A DNA stretch of 64,000 nt from Eledone cirrhosa (taxonomy: Eukaryota), in NCBI GenBank assembly GCA_964016885.1, contig OZ024740.1, positions 111,228,001 through 111,292,000 on the forward strand, given 5' to 3'. The position numbers and the translations under genes are program-made. The notes under the pieces are model-generated. The model did not search any database. It saw nothing but the letters and a program-made list of their open reading frames with translations, and was not told the origin of the DNA. This document shows positions 38,001 to 56,000 of this stretch, in pieces (position 1 is the first letter of the stretch; each line of letters begins with the position of its first letter).

Positions 38001-41000
38001 ACCATTATGACTAACAATAACAAGACAAACAATATCACAACACCACTATGACTACCAACAACTAGAAAAACAATACCACAACTAAAACCACCATTATGGC
38101 TACCAATAACAATACAAACAATATCACAACACCACCATGACTACCAACAACTAGAAAAACAATACCACAACTAAAACCACCATTATGACTACGAATAACA
38201 AGACAAACAATATCACAACACCACCATGACTACTAACAACAAGAAAAACAATACCACAACTAACACCACCATTATGACTACCAATAACAAGACAAACAAT
38301 ATCACAACTAACACCACCACTATGACTACTAACAACAAGACAAACAATATCAAAACTTATACCACCACTATGACTACTAACAACAAGACAAACAATATCA
38401 CAACTAACACTACCACTATGACTACTAACAACAAGTCAAACAATATCACAACTAACACCACCACCATAACTACTAACAACAAGACAAAGAATATCACAAC
38501 TAACAAGACCACTATGACTACTAACAACAAGACAAAATATATCACAACTAACACCATGACTACTAACAACAAGACAAACAATATCACAACGAACACCACC
38601 ACTATGACTACTAACAACAAGACACACAATATCACAACACCACCATGACAACCAACAACAAGACAAACAATATCACAACTAACACCACCACTATGACAAC
38701 TAACAAGACAAACAATATCACAACTAACACCACCACTATGACTACTAACAAGACAAACAATATCACAACTAACACCACCACTATGACTACTAACAAGACA
38801 AACAATATCACAACTAACACCACTACCATGACTACTAACAACAAGACAAACAATATCACAACTAATACCACCAGTATGACTACTAACAAAAAGACAAACA
38901 ATATCACAACTAATACCACCACTATGACTACTAACAACAAGACAAACAATATCACAACTAACACCATGACTACCAAGAACCCGACAAACAATACCACAAC
39001 TAACACCACCATTATGACTAACAATAACAAGACAAACAATATCACAACACCACCATGACTACCAACAACTAGAAAAACAATACCACAACTAAAACCACCA
39101 TTATGGCTACCAATAACAATACAAACAATATCACAACACCGCCATGACTACCAACAACTAGAAAAACAATACCACAACTAAAACCACCATTATGACTACC
39201 AATAACAAGACAAACAATATCACAACTAACACCACCACTATGACTACTAACAACAAGACAAACAATATCACAACTAACACCACCACCATAACTACTAACA
39301 ACAAGACAAAAAATATCACAACTAACACCACCACCATAACTACCAACAACAAGACAAACAATATCACAACTAACACCAACACTATGACTACTAACAAGAC
39401 AAACAATATCACAACTAACACCACCACTATGACTACGAACAAGACAAAAAATATCACAACTAACACCACCACTATGAATACTAACAGCCTGACAAACAAT
39501 ATCACAACTAACAGCAAGACTACTAACAACAAGACAAACAATATCACAACTAACACCACCACCATGACTACTAACGACAAGACAAACAATATCACAACTA
39601 ACACCACCACTATGACTACTAACAACAAGACGAACAATATCACAACTAACACCACCACTATGACTACTAACAACAAGACAAACAATATCACAACTAACAC
39701 CACCACCATGACAACTAACAACAAGACAAACAATATCACAACTAACACCACCACCATAACTACTAACAACAAGACAAACAATATCACAAATTACACCAAC
39801 ACTATGACTACTAACAACAAGACAAACAATATCACAACTAACACCATCACTATGACTACTAACAACAAGACAAACAATATCACAACTAACACCACCACTA
39901 TGACTACTAACAAGACAAACAATATCACAACTAACACCAGCACTATGACTACTAACAAGACAAACAATATCACAACTAACACCACTACTATGACTACTAA
40001 CAACCTGACAAACAATATCACAACTAACACCACCACTATGACTAATAACAACTAGACAAACAATATCACAACTAACACCACCACCATAACTACTAACAAC
40101 AATACAAACAATATCACAACTAACACCACCACCATGACTACTAACAACAAGACAAACAATATCACAACTAACACCTCCACTATGACTACTAACAACAAGA
40201 CAAAATATATCACAACTAACACCATGACTACTAACAACAAGACAAACAATATCACAACGAACACCACCACTATGACTACTAACAACAAGAGAAACAATAT
40301 CACAACTAACACCACCACTATGACTACTAACAACAAGACAAACAATATCACAACTAACACTACCACTATGTCTACTAACAACAAGACAAACAATATCACA
40401 ACTAATACCACCACTATGTCTACTAACAACAAGACAAACAATTTCACAACTAACACCACCACTATGACTACTAACAACAAGACAAACAATATCACAATTA
40501 ACTCCACCACTATGACTACTAACAACAAGACAAACAATATCACAACTAATACCACCACTATGACTACTAACAACAAGACACACAATATCACAACACCACC
40601 ATGACAACCAACAACAAGACAAACAATATCACAACTAACACCACCACTATGACAACTAACAAGACAAACAATATCACAACTAACACCACCATTATGACTA
40701 CTAACAAGACCAACAATATCACAACTAACACCACCACTATGACTACTAACAAGACAAACAATATCACAACTAACACCACCACTATGACTACTAACAAGAC
40801 AAACAATATCACAACTAACACCACTACCATGACTACTAACAACAAGACAAACAATATCACAACTAATACCACCACTATGACTACTAACAAAAAGACAAAC
40901 AATATCACAACTAATACCACCACCATGACTACCAACAACTAGAAAAACAATACCACAACTAAAACCACCATTATGGCTACCAATAACAATACAAATAATA

Positions 41001-44000
41001 TCACAACACCGCCATGACTACCAACAACTAGAAAAACAATACCACAACTAAAACCACCATTATGACTACCAATAACAAGACAAACAATATCACAACACCA
41101 CCATGACTACTAACAACAAGAAAAACAATACCACAACTAACACCACCATTATGACTACCAATAACAAGACAAACAATATCACAACTAACACCACCACTAT
41201 GACTACTAACAACAAGACAAACAATATCAAAATTTATACCACCACTATGACTACTAACAACAAGACAAACAATATCACAACTAACACTACCACTATGACG
41301 ACTAACAACAAGACAAACAATATCACAACTAACACCAACACCATAACTACTAACAACTAGTCAAAGAATATCACAACTAACAAAACCACTATGACTACTA
41401 ACAACAAGACAAAAAATATCACAACTAACACCATGACTACTAACAACAAGACAAACAATATCACAACGAATACCACCACTATGACTACTAACAAGACAAA
41501 CAATATCACAACTAACACCACCACTATGACTACGAACAAGACAAACAATATCACAACTAACACCACCACTATGACTACTAACAGCCTGACAAACAATATC
41601 ACAACTAACAGCAAGACTACTAACAACAAGACAAACAATATCACAACTAACACCACCACCATGACTACTAACAACAAGACAAACAATATCACAACTAACA
41701 CCACCACTATGACTACTAACAACAAGACGAACAATATCACAACTAACACAACCACTATGACTACTAACAACAAGACAAACAATATCACAACTAACGCCAC
41801 CACTATGACTACTAACAACAAGAGAAACAATATCACAACTAACACCACCACTATGACTACTAACAACAAGACAAACAATATCACAACTAACACTACCACT
41901 ATGTCTACTAACAACAAGACAAACAATATCACAACTAATACCACCACTATGTCTACTAACAACAAGACAAACAATTTCACAACTAACACCACCACTATGA
42001 CTACTAACAACAAGACAAACAATATCACAATTAACTCCACCACTATGACTACTAACAACAAGACAAACAATATCACAACTAATACCACCACTATGACTAC
42101 TAACAACAAGACACACAATATCACAACACCACCATGACAACCAACAACAAGACAAACAATATCACAACTAACACCACCACTATGACAACTAACAAGACAA
42201 ACAATATCACAACTAACACCACCATTATGACTACTAACAAGACCAACAATATCACAACTAACACCACCACTATGACTACTAACAAGACAAACAATATCAC
42301 AACTAACACCACCACTATGACTACTAACAAGACAAACAATATCACAACTAACACCACTACCATGACTACTAACAACAAGACAAACAATATCACAACTAAT
42401 ACCACCACTATGACTACTAACAAAAAGACAAACAATATCACAACTAATACCACCACCATGACTACCAACAACTAGAAAAACAATACCACAACTAAAACCA
42501 CCATTATGGCTACCAATAACAATACAAATAATATCACAACACCGCCATGACTACCAACAACTAGAAAAACAATACCACAACTAAAACCACCATTATGACT
42601 ACCAATAACAAGACAAACAATATCACAACACCACCATGACTACTAACAACAAGAAAAACAATACCACAACTAACACCACCATTATGACTACCAATAACAA
42701 GACAAACAATATCACAACTAACACCACCACTATGACTACTAACAACAAGACAAACAATATCAACATTTATACCACCACTATGACTACTAACAACAAGACA
42801 AACAATATCACAACTAACACTACCACTATGACGACTAACAACAAGACAAACAATATCACAACTAACACCAACACCATAACTACTAACAACTAGTCAAAGA
42901 ATATCACAACTAACAAAACCACTATGACTACTAACAACAAGACAAAAAATATCACAACTAACACCATGACTACTAACAACAAGACAAACAATATCACAAC
43001 GAATACCACCACTATGACTACTAACAAGACAAACAATATCACAACTAACACCACCACTATGACTACGAACAAGACAAACAATATCACAACTAACACCACC
43101 ACTATGACTACTAACAGCCTGACAAACAATATCACAACTAACAGCAAGACTACTAACAACAAGACAAACAATATCACAACTAACACCACCACCATGACTA
43201 CTAACAACAAGACAAACAATATCACAACTAACACCACCACTATGACTACTAACAACAAGACGAACAATATCACAACTAACACAACCACTATGACTACTAA
43301 CAACAAGACAAACAATATCACAACTAACGCCACCACCATAACTACTAACAACAAGACAAACAATATCACAACTAACACCACTCACTATGACTACTAACAA
43401 CAAGACAAACAATATCACAACTAACACCACCACTATGACTACTAACAACAAGACAAACAATATCACAACTAACACCACCACCATAACTACGAACAAGACA
43501 AACAATATCACAACTAAAACCACCACTATGTCTACTAACAACAAGACAATCAATATCACAACTAACACCACCACTATGACTACTAACAACAAGACAAACG
43601 ATATCACAACTAACTCCATCACTATGACAACTAACAACAAGACAAACAATATCACAAATAACACCACCAATATGACTACTAACAACAAGACAAACAATAT
43701 CACAACGAACACCACCACTATGACTACTAACAAGACGAACAATATCACAACTAACACCACCACTATGACTACTAACAACAAGACAAACAATATCACAACT
43801 AACACCACCACTATGACTACTAACAACAAGACAAACAATATCACAACTAACACCACCACCATAACTACTGACAACAAGACAAACAATATCACAACTAACA
43901 CCACCACCATGACTACTAACAACAAGACAAACAATATCACAACTAACACCACCACTATGACTACTAACAACAAGACGAACAATATCACAACTAACACAAC

Positions 44001-47000
44001 CACTATGACTACTAACAACAAGACAAACAATATCACAACTAACGCCACCACCATAACTACTAACAACAAGACAAACAATATCACAACTAACACCACTCAC
44101 TATGACTACTAACAACAAGACAAACAATATCACAACTAACACCACCACTATGACTACTAACAACAAGACAAACAATATCACAACTAACACCACCACCATA
44201 ACTACGAACAAGACAAACAATATCACAACTAAAACCACCACTATGTCTACTAACAACAAGACAATCAATATCACAACTAACACCACCACTATGACTACTA
44301 ACAACAAGACAAACGATATCACAACTAACTCCATCACTATGACAACTAACAACAAGACAAACAATATCACAAATAACACCACCAATATGACTACTAACAA
44401 CAAGACAAACAATATCACAACGAACACCACCACTATGACTACTAACAAGACGAACAATATCACAACTAACACCACCACTATGACTACTAACAACAAGACA
44501 AACAATATCACAACTAACACCACCACTATGACTACTAACAACAAGACAAACAATATCACAACTAACACCACCACCATAACTACTGACAACAAGACAAACA
44601 ATATCACAACTAACACTACAACCATGACTACTAACAACAAGACAATCAATATCACAACTAACACCACCACCATGACTACTAACAACAAGACAAACAATAT
44701 CACAACTAACACCACCACTATGACTAATAAGAAGACAAACAATATCTCAACTAACACCATCACCATAACTACTAACAACAAGACAAACAATATCACAAGT
44801 AACACCACCACTATGACTACTAACAACAAGACAAACAATATCACAACTAACACCATCACTATGACTACTAACAAGACAAACAACATCACAACTAACACTA
44901 CCACTATGACTACTAACAACAAGACAAACAATATCACAACTAACACCACCACTATGACTACTAACAACAAGACAAACAATATCACAACTAACACCACCAC
45001 TATGACTACTAACAAGACAAACAATATCACAACTAACACCATCACTATGACTACTAACAAGACAAACAATATCACAACTAACACCACTACTATGACTACT
45101 AACAACCTGACAAACAATATCACAACTAACACCACCACCATAACTACTAACAACAATACAAACAATATCACAACTAACACCACCACCATGACTACTAACA
45201 ACAAGACAAACAATATCACAACTAACACCTCCACTATGACTACTAACAAGACAATCAATATCACAAGTAACACCACCACTATGACTACTAACAACAAGAC
45301 AAACAATATCACAACTATCACCACCACTATGACTACTAACAACAAGACAAACAATATCACAACTAACACCATCACCATGACTACTAACAACAAGACAATC
45401 AATATCACAACTAACACCACCACTATGACTACTAACAACATGACAAACAATATCACAACTAACACCACCACTATGACTACTAACAACAAGACAAACAATA
45501 TCACAACTAACACCATCACCATGACTACTAACAACAAGACAAACAATATCACAACTAACACCATCACTATGAATACTAACAAAAAGCCAAACAATATCAC
45601 AACTAATACCACCACTATGACTACTAACAACAAGACAAACAATATCACAACTAACACCATGACTACCAAGAACCCGACAAAGAATACCACAACTAACACC
45701 ACCATTATGACTAACAATAACAAGACAAACAATATCACAACACCACCATGACTACCAACAACTAGAAAAACAATACCACAACTAAAACCACCATTATGAC
45801 TACCAATAACAAGACAAACAATATCACAACACCACCATGACTACTAACAACAAGAAAAACAATACCACAACTAACACCCCCATTATGACTACCAATAACA
45901 AGACAAACAATATCACAACTAACACCACCACTATGACTACTAACAACAAGACAAACAATATCAAATCTTATACCACCACTATGACTACTAACCACAAGAC
46001 AAACAATATCACAACTAACACTACCACTATGACTACTAACAACAAGACAAACAATATCACAACTAACACCACCACCATAACTACTAACAACAAGACAAAG
46101 AATATCACAACTAACAAAACCACTATGACTACTAACAACAAGACAAAATATATCACAACTAACACCATGACTACTAACAACAAGACAAACAATATCACAA
46201 CGAACACCACCACTATGACTACTAACAACAAGACAAACAATATCAAAACTTATACCACCACTATGACTACTAACAACAAGACAAACAATATCACAACTAA
46301 CACTACCACTATGACTACTAACAACAAGACAAACAATATCACAACTAACACCACCACCATAACTACTAACAACAAGACAAAGAATATCACAACTAACAAA
46401 ACCACTATGACTACTAACAACAAGACAAAATATATCACAACTAACACCATGACTACTAACAACAAGACAAACAATATCACAACGAACACCACCACTATGA
46501 CTACTAACAACAAGACAAACAATATCACAACTAACACCACCACTATGACTACTAACAACAAGACAAACAATATCACAACTAACACTACCACTATGTCTAC
46601 TAACAACAAGACAAACAATATCACAACTAACACCACCACTATAACTACTAACAACAAGACAAACAATATCACAATTAACTCCACCACTATGACTACTAAC
46701 AACAAGACAAACAATATCACAACTAATACCACCACTATGACTACTAACAACAAGACACACAATATCACAACACCACCATGACAACCAACAACAAGACAAA
46801 CAATATCACAACTAACACCACCACTATGACTACTAAAAGACAAACAATATCACAACTAACACCACCACTATGACTACTAACAAGACAAACAATATCACAA
46901 CTAACACCACCACTATGACTACTAACAAGACAAACAATATCACAACTAACACCACTACCATGACTACTAACAACAAGACAAACAATATCAAACTAATACC

Positions 47001-50000
47001 ACCACTATGACTACTAACAAAAAGACAAACAATATCACAACTAATACCACCACTATGAATACTAACAACAAGACAAACAATATCACAACTAACACCATGA
47101 CTACCAAGAACCCGACAAACAATACCACAACTAACACCACCATTATGACTAACAATAACAAGACAAACAATATCACAACACCACCATGACTACCAAGAAC
47201 TAGAAAAACAATACCACAACTAAAACCACCATTATGACTACCAATAACAAGACAAAAAATATCACAACACCACCATGACTACTAACAACAAGAAAAACAA
47301 TACCACCACTAACACCACCATTATGACTACCAATAACAAGACAAACAATATCACAACTAACACCACCACTATGACTACTAACAACAAGACAAACAATATC
47401 AAAACTTAAACCACCACTATGACTACTAACAACAAGACAAAAAATATCACAACTAACACTACCACTATGACTACTAACAACAAGACAAACAATATCACAA
47501 CTAACACCACCACCATAACTACTAACAACAAGACAAAGAATATCACAACTAACAAAACCACTATGACTACTAACAACAAGACAAAAAATATCACAACTAA
47601 CACCGTGACTACTAACAACAAGACAAACAATATCACAACGAACACCACCACTATGACTACTAACAACAAGACAAACAATATCACAACGAACACCACCACT
47701 ATGACTACTAACAACAAGACAAACAATATCACAACTAACACCACCACTATGACTACTAACAACAAGACAAACAATATCACAACTACCACTATGTCTACTA
47801 ACAACAAGACAAACAATATCACAACTAACACCACCACTATGTCTACTAACAACAAGACAAACAATATCACAACTAACACCACCACTATGACTACTAACAA
47901 CAAGACAAACAATATCACAATTAACTCCACCACTATGACTACTAACAACAAGACAAACAATATCACAACTAACACCACCACTATGACTACTAACAACAAG
48001 ACACACAATATCACAACACCACAATGACAACCAACAACAAGACAAACAATATCACAACTAACACCACCACTATGACTACTAACAAGACAAACAATATCAC
48101 AAGTAACACCACCACTATGACTACTAACAACAAGACAAACAATATCACAACTAACACCATCACTATGACTACTAACAAGACAAACAACATCACAACTAAC
48201 ACTACCACTATGACTACTAACAACAAGACAAACAATATCACAACTAACACCACCACTATGACTACTAACAACAAGACAAACAATATCACAACTAACACTA
48301 CCAGTATGACTACTAATAAGACAAACAATATCACAACTAACACCATCACTATGACTACTAACAAGACAAACAATATCACAACTAACACCACTACTATGAC
48401 TACTAACAACCTGACAAACAATATCACAACTAACACCACCACTATGACTAATAACAACTAGACAAACAATATCACAACTAACACCACCACCATAACTACT
48501 AACAACAATACAAACAATATCACAACTAACACCACCACCATGACTACTAACAACAAGACAAACAATATCACAACTAACACCTCCACTATGACTACAAACA
48601 AGACAATCAATATCACAACTAACACCACCACTATGACTACTACCAACAAGACAAACAATATCACAACTAACACCACCACTATGACTACTAACAACAAGAC
48701 AAACAATATCACAACTAACACCATCACCATGACTACTAACAACAAGACAAAAAATATCACAACTAACACCACCACCATGACTACTAATAACAAGACAAAC
48801 AATATCACAACTAATACCACCACTATGACAACTAACAACAAGACAAACAATATCACAACTAACACCATGACTACCAAGAACCCGACAAACAATACCACAA
48901 CTAACACCACCATTATAACTACCAATAACAAGACAAACAGTATCACAACACTACCATGACTACCAACAACTAGAAAAACAATACCACAACTAAAACCACC
49001 ATTATGGCTAACAATAACAATACAAACAATATCACAACACCACCATGACTACCAACAACAAGAAAAACAATACCACAACTAAAACCACCATTATGACTAC
49101 CAATAACAAGACAAACAATATCACAACACCACCATGACTACTAACAACAAGAAAAACAATACCACAACTAACACCACCATTATGACTACCAATAACAAGA
49201 CAAACAATATCACAACACCACCATGACTACTAACAACAAGAAAAACAATACCACAACTAACACCACCATTATGACTACCAATAACAAGACAAACAATATC
49301 ACAACTAACACCACCACTATGACTACTAACAACAAGACAAACAATATCAAAACTAATACCACCACTATGACTACTAACAACAATACAAACAATATCACAA
49401 CTAACACTACCACTATGACTACTAACAACAAGACAAACAATATCACAACTAACACCATGACTACTAACAACAAGACAAACAATATCACAACGAACACCAC
49501 CACTATGACTACTAACAACAAGACAAACAATATCACAACTAACACAACCACTGTGACTACTAACAACAAGACAAACAATATCACAACTAACACTACCATT
49601 ATGTCTACTAACAACAAGACAAACAATATCACAACTAACACCACCACTATGTCTACTAACAACAAGACAAACAATATCACAACTAACACCACCACTATGA
49701 CTACTAACAACAAGACAAACAATATCACAATTAACTCCACCACTATGACTACTAACAACAAGACAAACAATATCACAACTAATACCACCACTATGACTGC
49801 TAACAACAAGACACACAATATCACAACACCACCATGACAACCAACAACAAGACAAACATTATCACAACTAACACCACCACTATGACTGATAACAAGACAA
49901 ACAATATCACAACTAACACCACCATTATGACTACTAACAAGACCAACAATATCACAACTAACACCACCACTATGACTACTAACAAGACAAACAATATCAC

Positions 50001-53000
50001 AACTAACACCACCACTATGACTACTAACAAGACAAACAATATCACAACTAACACCACTACCATGACTACTAACAACAAGACAAACAATATCACAATTAAT
50101 ACCACCACTATGACTACTAACAACAAGACAAACAATATCACAGCTAACACCATGACTACCAAGAACACGACAAACAATATCACAACTAACACAACCACCA
50201 TGACTACTAACAACAAGACAAAAAATATCACAACACCACCATGACTACCAACAACTAGCAAAACAATACCACAACTAACACCACCATTATGACTACCAAT
50301 AACAAGACAAACAATATCACAACACCACCATGACTACCAACAACTAGCAAAACAATACCAAAACTAACACCACCATTATGACTACCAATAACAAGACAAT
50401 CAATGTCACAACACCACCATGACTACTAACAACAAGACAAACAATATCACAACTAACACCATCACTATGACTACGAACAACAAGACAAACAATATCACAA
50501 CTAACACCACCACTATGACTACTAACAACAAGACAAACAATATCACAACTAATACCACCACTATGACTACTAACAACAAGAAAAACAATATCACAACTAA
50601 CACCATCACTATGACTACTAACAACAAGACAAACAATATCACAATTAACACCACCATTATGACTACCAATAACAAGACAAACAATATCACAGCACCACCA
50701 TGACTACCAACAACTAGAAAAACAATACCACAACTAACACCACCATTATGACTACCAATAACAAGACAAACAATATCACAACACCACGATAACTACCAAC
50801 AACTAGCAAAACAATACCACAACTAACACCACCATTATGACTACCAATAACAAGACAAACAATATCACAACACCACCATGACTACCAACAACTAGAAAAA
50901 CAATACCACAACTAACACCATCATTATGACTACAAATAACAAGACAAACTATATCACAACACCACCATGACTACTAACAATACGACAAACAATATTACAA
51001 CTAACACCACCACTATGACTACTAACAACAAGACAAACAATGTCACAACACCACCATGACTACTAACAACAAGACAATCAATATCACAACTAACACCACC
51101 ACCATGACCACTGACAACAAGACAAACAATATCACAACTAACACCACCACTATGACTACTAACAACAAGACAAACAATATCACAACTAACACCACCACCA
51201 TAACTACTAACAACAAGACAAACAATATCACAACTAACACATTCACTATGACTACTAACAACAAGACAAACAATATCACAACTACCACCACCTCCATGAC
51301 TACTAATAACAAGACAAAAAATATCACAACTAATACCACGACTATGACTACTAACAACAAGACAAACAATATCACAACTAACACCATGACTATGACTACT
51401 AACAAGACAAACAATATCACAACTAACACCACTACTATGACTACTAACAACCTGACAAACAATATCACAACTAACACCACCACTATGACTAATAACAACT
51501 AGACAAACAATATCACAACTAACACCACCACCATAACTACTAACAACAATACAAACATTATCACAACTAAGACCACCACCATGACTACTAACAACAAGAC
51601 AAACAATATCACAACTAATACCACGACTATGACTACTAACAACAAGACAAACAATATCACAACTAACACCATGACTATGACTACTAACAAGACAAACAAT
51701 ATCACAACTAACACCACTACTATGACTACTAACAACCTGACAAACAATATCACAACTAACACCACCACTATGACTAATAACAACTAGACAAACAATATCA
51801 CAACTAACACCACCACCATGACTACTAACAACAATACTAACAATATCACAACTAACACCACTACCATGACTACTAACAACAAGACAAACAATATCACAAT
51901 TAATACCAGCACTATGACTACTAACAACAAGACAAACAATATCACAGCTAACACCATGACTACCAAGAACACGACAAACAATATCACAACTAACACAACC
52001 ACCATGACTACTAACAACAAGACAAAAAATATCACAACACCACCATGACTACCAACAACTAGCAAAACAATACCACAACTAACACCACCATTATGACTAC
52101 CAATAACAAGACAAACAATATCACAACACCACCATGACTACCAACAACTAGCAAAACAATACCAAAACTAACACCACCATTATGACTACCAATAACAAGA
52201 CAAACAATATCACAACACCACCATGACTACTAACAACACGACAAACAATATTACAACTAACACCACCACTATGACTAATAACAACAAGACAATCAATGTC
52301 ACAACACCACCATGACTACTAACAACAAGACAAACAATATCACAACTAACACCATCACTATGACTACGAACAACGAGACAAACAATATCACAACTAACAC
52401 CACCACTATGACTACTAACAACAAGACAAACAATATCACAACTAATACCACCACTATGACTACTAACAACAAGAAAAACAATATCACAACTAACACCATC
52501 ACTATGACTACTAACAACAAGACAAACAATATCACAATTAACACCACCATTATGACTACCAATAACAAGACAAACAATATCACAGCACCACCATGACTAC
52601 CAACAACTAGAAGAACAATACCACAACTAACACCACCATTATGACTACCAATAACAAGACAAACAATATCACAACACCACCATAACTACCAACAACTAGC
52701 AAAACAATACCACAACTAACACCACCATTATGACTACCAATAACAAGACAAACAATATCACAACACCACCATGACTACCAACAACTAGAAAAACAATACC
52801 ACAACTAACACCATCATTATGACTACCAATAACAAGACAAACAATATCACAACACCACCATGACTACTAACAATACGACAAACAATATTACAACTAACAC
52901 CACCACTATGACTACTAACAACAAGACAAACAATGTCACAACACCACCATGACTACTAACAACAAGACAATCAATATCACAACTAACACCACCACCATGA

Positions 53001-56000
53001 CCACTGACAACAAGACAAACAATATCACAACTAACACCACCACTATGACTACTAACAACAAGACAAACAATATCACAACTAACACCACCACCATAACTAC
53101 TAACAACAAGACAAACAATATCACAACTAACACATTCACTATGACTACTAACAACAAGACAAACAATATCACAACTACCACCACCACCATGACTACTAAT
53201 AACAAGACAAACAATATCACAACTAATACCACGACTATGACTACTAACAAGACAAACAATATCACAACTAACACCATGACTATGACTACTAACAAGACAA
53301 ACAATATCACAACTAACACCACTACTATGACTACTAACAACCTGACAAACAATATCACAACTAACACCACCACTATGACTAATAACAACTAGACAAACAA
53401 TATCACAACTAACACCACCACCATAACTACTAACAACAATACAAACAATATCACAACTAACACCACCACCATGACTACTAACAACAAGACAAACAATATC
53501 ACAACTAACACCTCCACTATGACTACAAACAAGACAATCAATATCACAACTAACACCACCACTATGACTACTACCAACAAGACAAACAATATCACAACTA
53601 ACACCACCACGATGACTACTAACAACAAGACAAACAATATCACAACTAACACCATCACCATGACTACTAACAACAAGACAATCAATATCACAACTAACAC
53701 CACCACTATGACTACTAACAACAAGACAAAAAATATCACAACTAACACCACCACCATGACTACTAATAACAAGACAAACAATATCACAACTAATACCACC
53801 GCTATGACAACTAACAACAAGACAAACAATATCACAACTAACAACATGACTACCAAGAACCCGACAAACAATACCACAACTAACACCACCATTATGACTA
53901 CCAATAACAAGACAAACACTATCACAACACCACCATGACTACCAACAACTAGAAAAACAATACCACAACTAAAACCACCATTATGGCTACCAATAACAAT
54001 ACAAACAATATCACAACACCACCATGACTACCAACAACTAGAAAAACAATACCACAACTAAAACCACCATTATGACTACCAATAACAAGACAAACAATAT
54101 CACAACACCACCATGGCTACTAACAACAAGAAAAACAATACCACAACTAACACCACCATTATGACTACCAATAACAAGACAAACAATATCACAACTAACA
54201 CTACCACTATGACTACTAACAACAAGACAAACAATACCACAACTAACACCACTACCATGACTACTAACAACAAGACAAACAATATCACAATTAATACCAC
54301 CACTAAGACTACTAACAACAAGACAAACAATATCACAGCTAACACCATGACTACCAAGAACACGACAAACAATATCACAACTAACACAACCACCATGACT
54401 ACTAACAACAAGACAAAAAATATCACAACACCACCATGACTACCAACAACTAGCAAAACAATACCACAACTAACACCACCATTATGACTAACAATAACAA
54501 GACAAACAATATCACAACACCACCATGACTACCAACAACTAGCAAAACAATACCACAACTAACACCACCATTATGACTACCAATAACAAGACAAACAATA
54601 TCACAACACCACCATGACTACTAACAACACGACAAACAATATTACAACTAACACCACCAATATGACTACTAACAACAAGACAATCAATGTCACAACACCA
54701 CCATGACTACTAACAACAAGACAAACAATATCACAACTAACACCATCACTATGACTACTAACAACAAGACAAACAATATCACAACTAATACCACCACTAT
54801 GACTACTAACAACAAGAAAAACAATATCACAACTAACACCATCACTATGACTACTAACAACAAGACAAACAATATCACAATTAACACCACCATTATGACT
54901 ACCAATAACAAGACAAACAATATCACAGCACCACCATGACTACCAACAACTAGAAAAACAATACCACAACTAACACCACCATTATGACTACCAATAACAA
55001 GACAAACAATGTCACAACACCACCATGACTACCAACAACTAGAAAAACAATACCACAACTAACACCATCATTATGACTACCAATAACAAGACAAACAATA
55101 TCACAACACCACCATGACTACTAACAATACGACAAACAATATTACAACTAACACCACCACTATGACTACTAACAACAAGACAAACAATGTCACAACACCA
55201 CCATGACTACTAACAACAAGACAATCAATATCACAACTAACACCACCACCATGACCACTGATAACAAGACAAACAATATCACAACTAACACCACCACTAT
55301 GACTACTAACAACAAGACAAACAATATCACAACTAACACCAACACCATAACTACTAACAACAAGACAAACAATATCACAACTAACACATTCACTATGACT
55401 ACTAACAACAAGACAAACAATATCACAACTACCACCACCACCATGACTACTAATAACAAGACAAACAATATCACAACTAATACCACGACTATGACTACTA
55501 ACAACAAGACAAACAATATCACAACTAACACCATGACTATGACTACTAACAAGACAAACAATATCACAACTAACACCACTACTATGACTACTAACAACCT
55601 GACAAACAATATCACAACTAACACCACCACTATGACTAATAACAACTAGACAAACAATATCACAACTAACACCACCACCATAACTACTAACAACAATACA
55701 AACAATATCACAACTAACACCACCACCATGACTACTAACAACAAGACAAACAATATCACAACTAACACCTCCACTATGACTACAAACAAGACAATCAATA
55801 TCACAACTAACACCACCACTATGACTACTACCAACAAGACAAACAATATCACAACTAACACCACCACTATGACTACTAACAACAAGACAAACAATATCAC
55901 AACTAACACCATCACCATGACTACTAACAACAAGACAATCAATATCACAACTAACACCACCACTATGACTACTAACAACAAGACAAAAAATATCACAACT

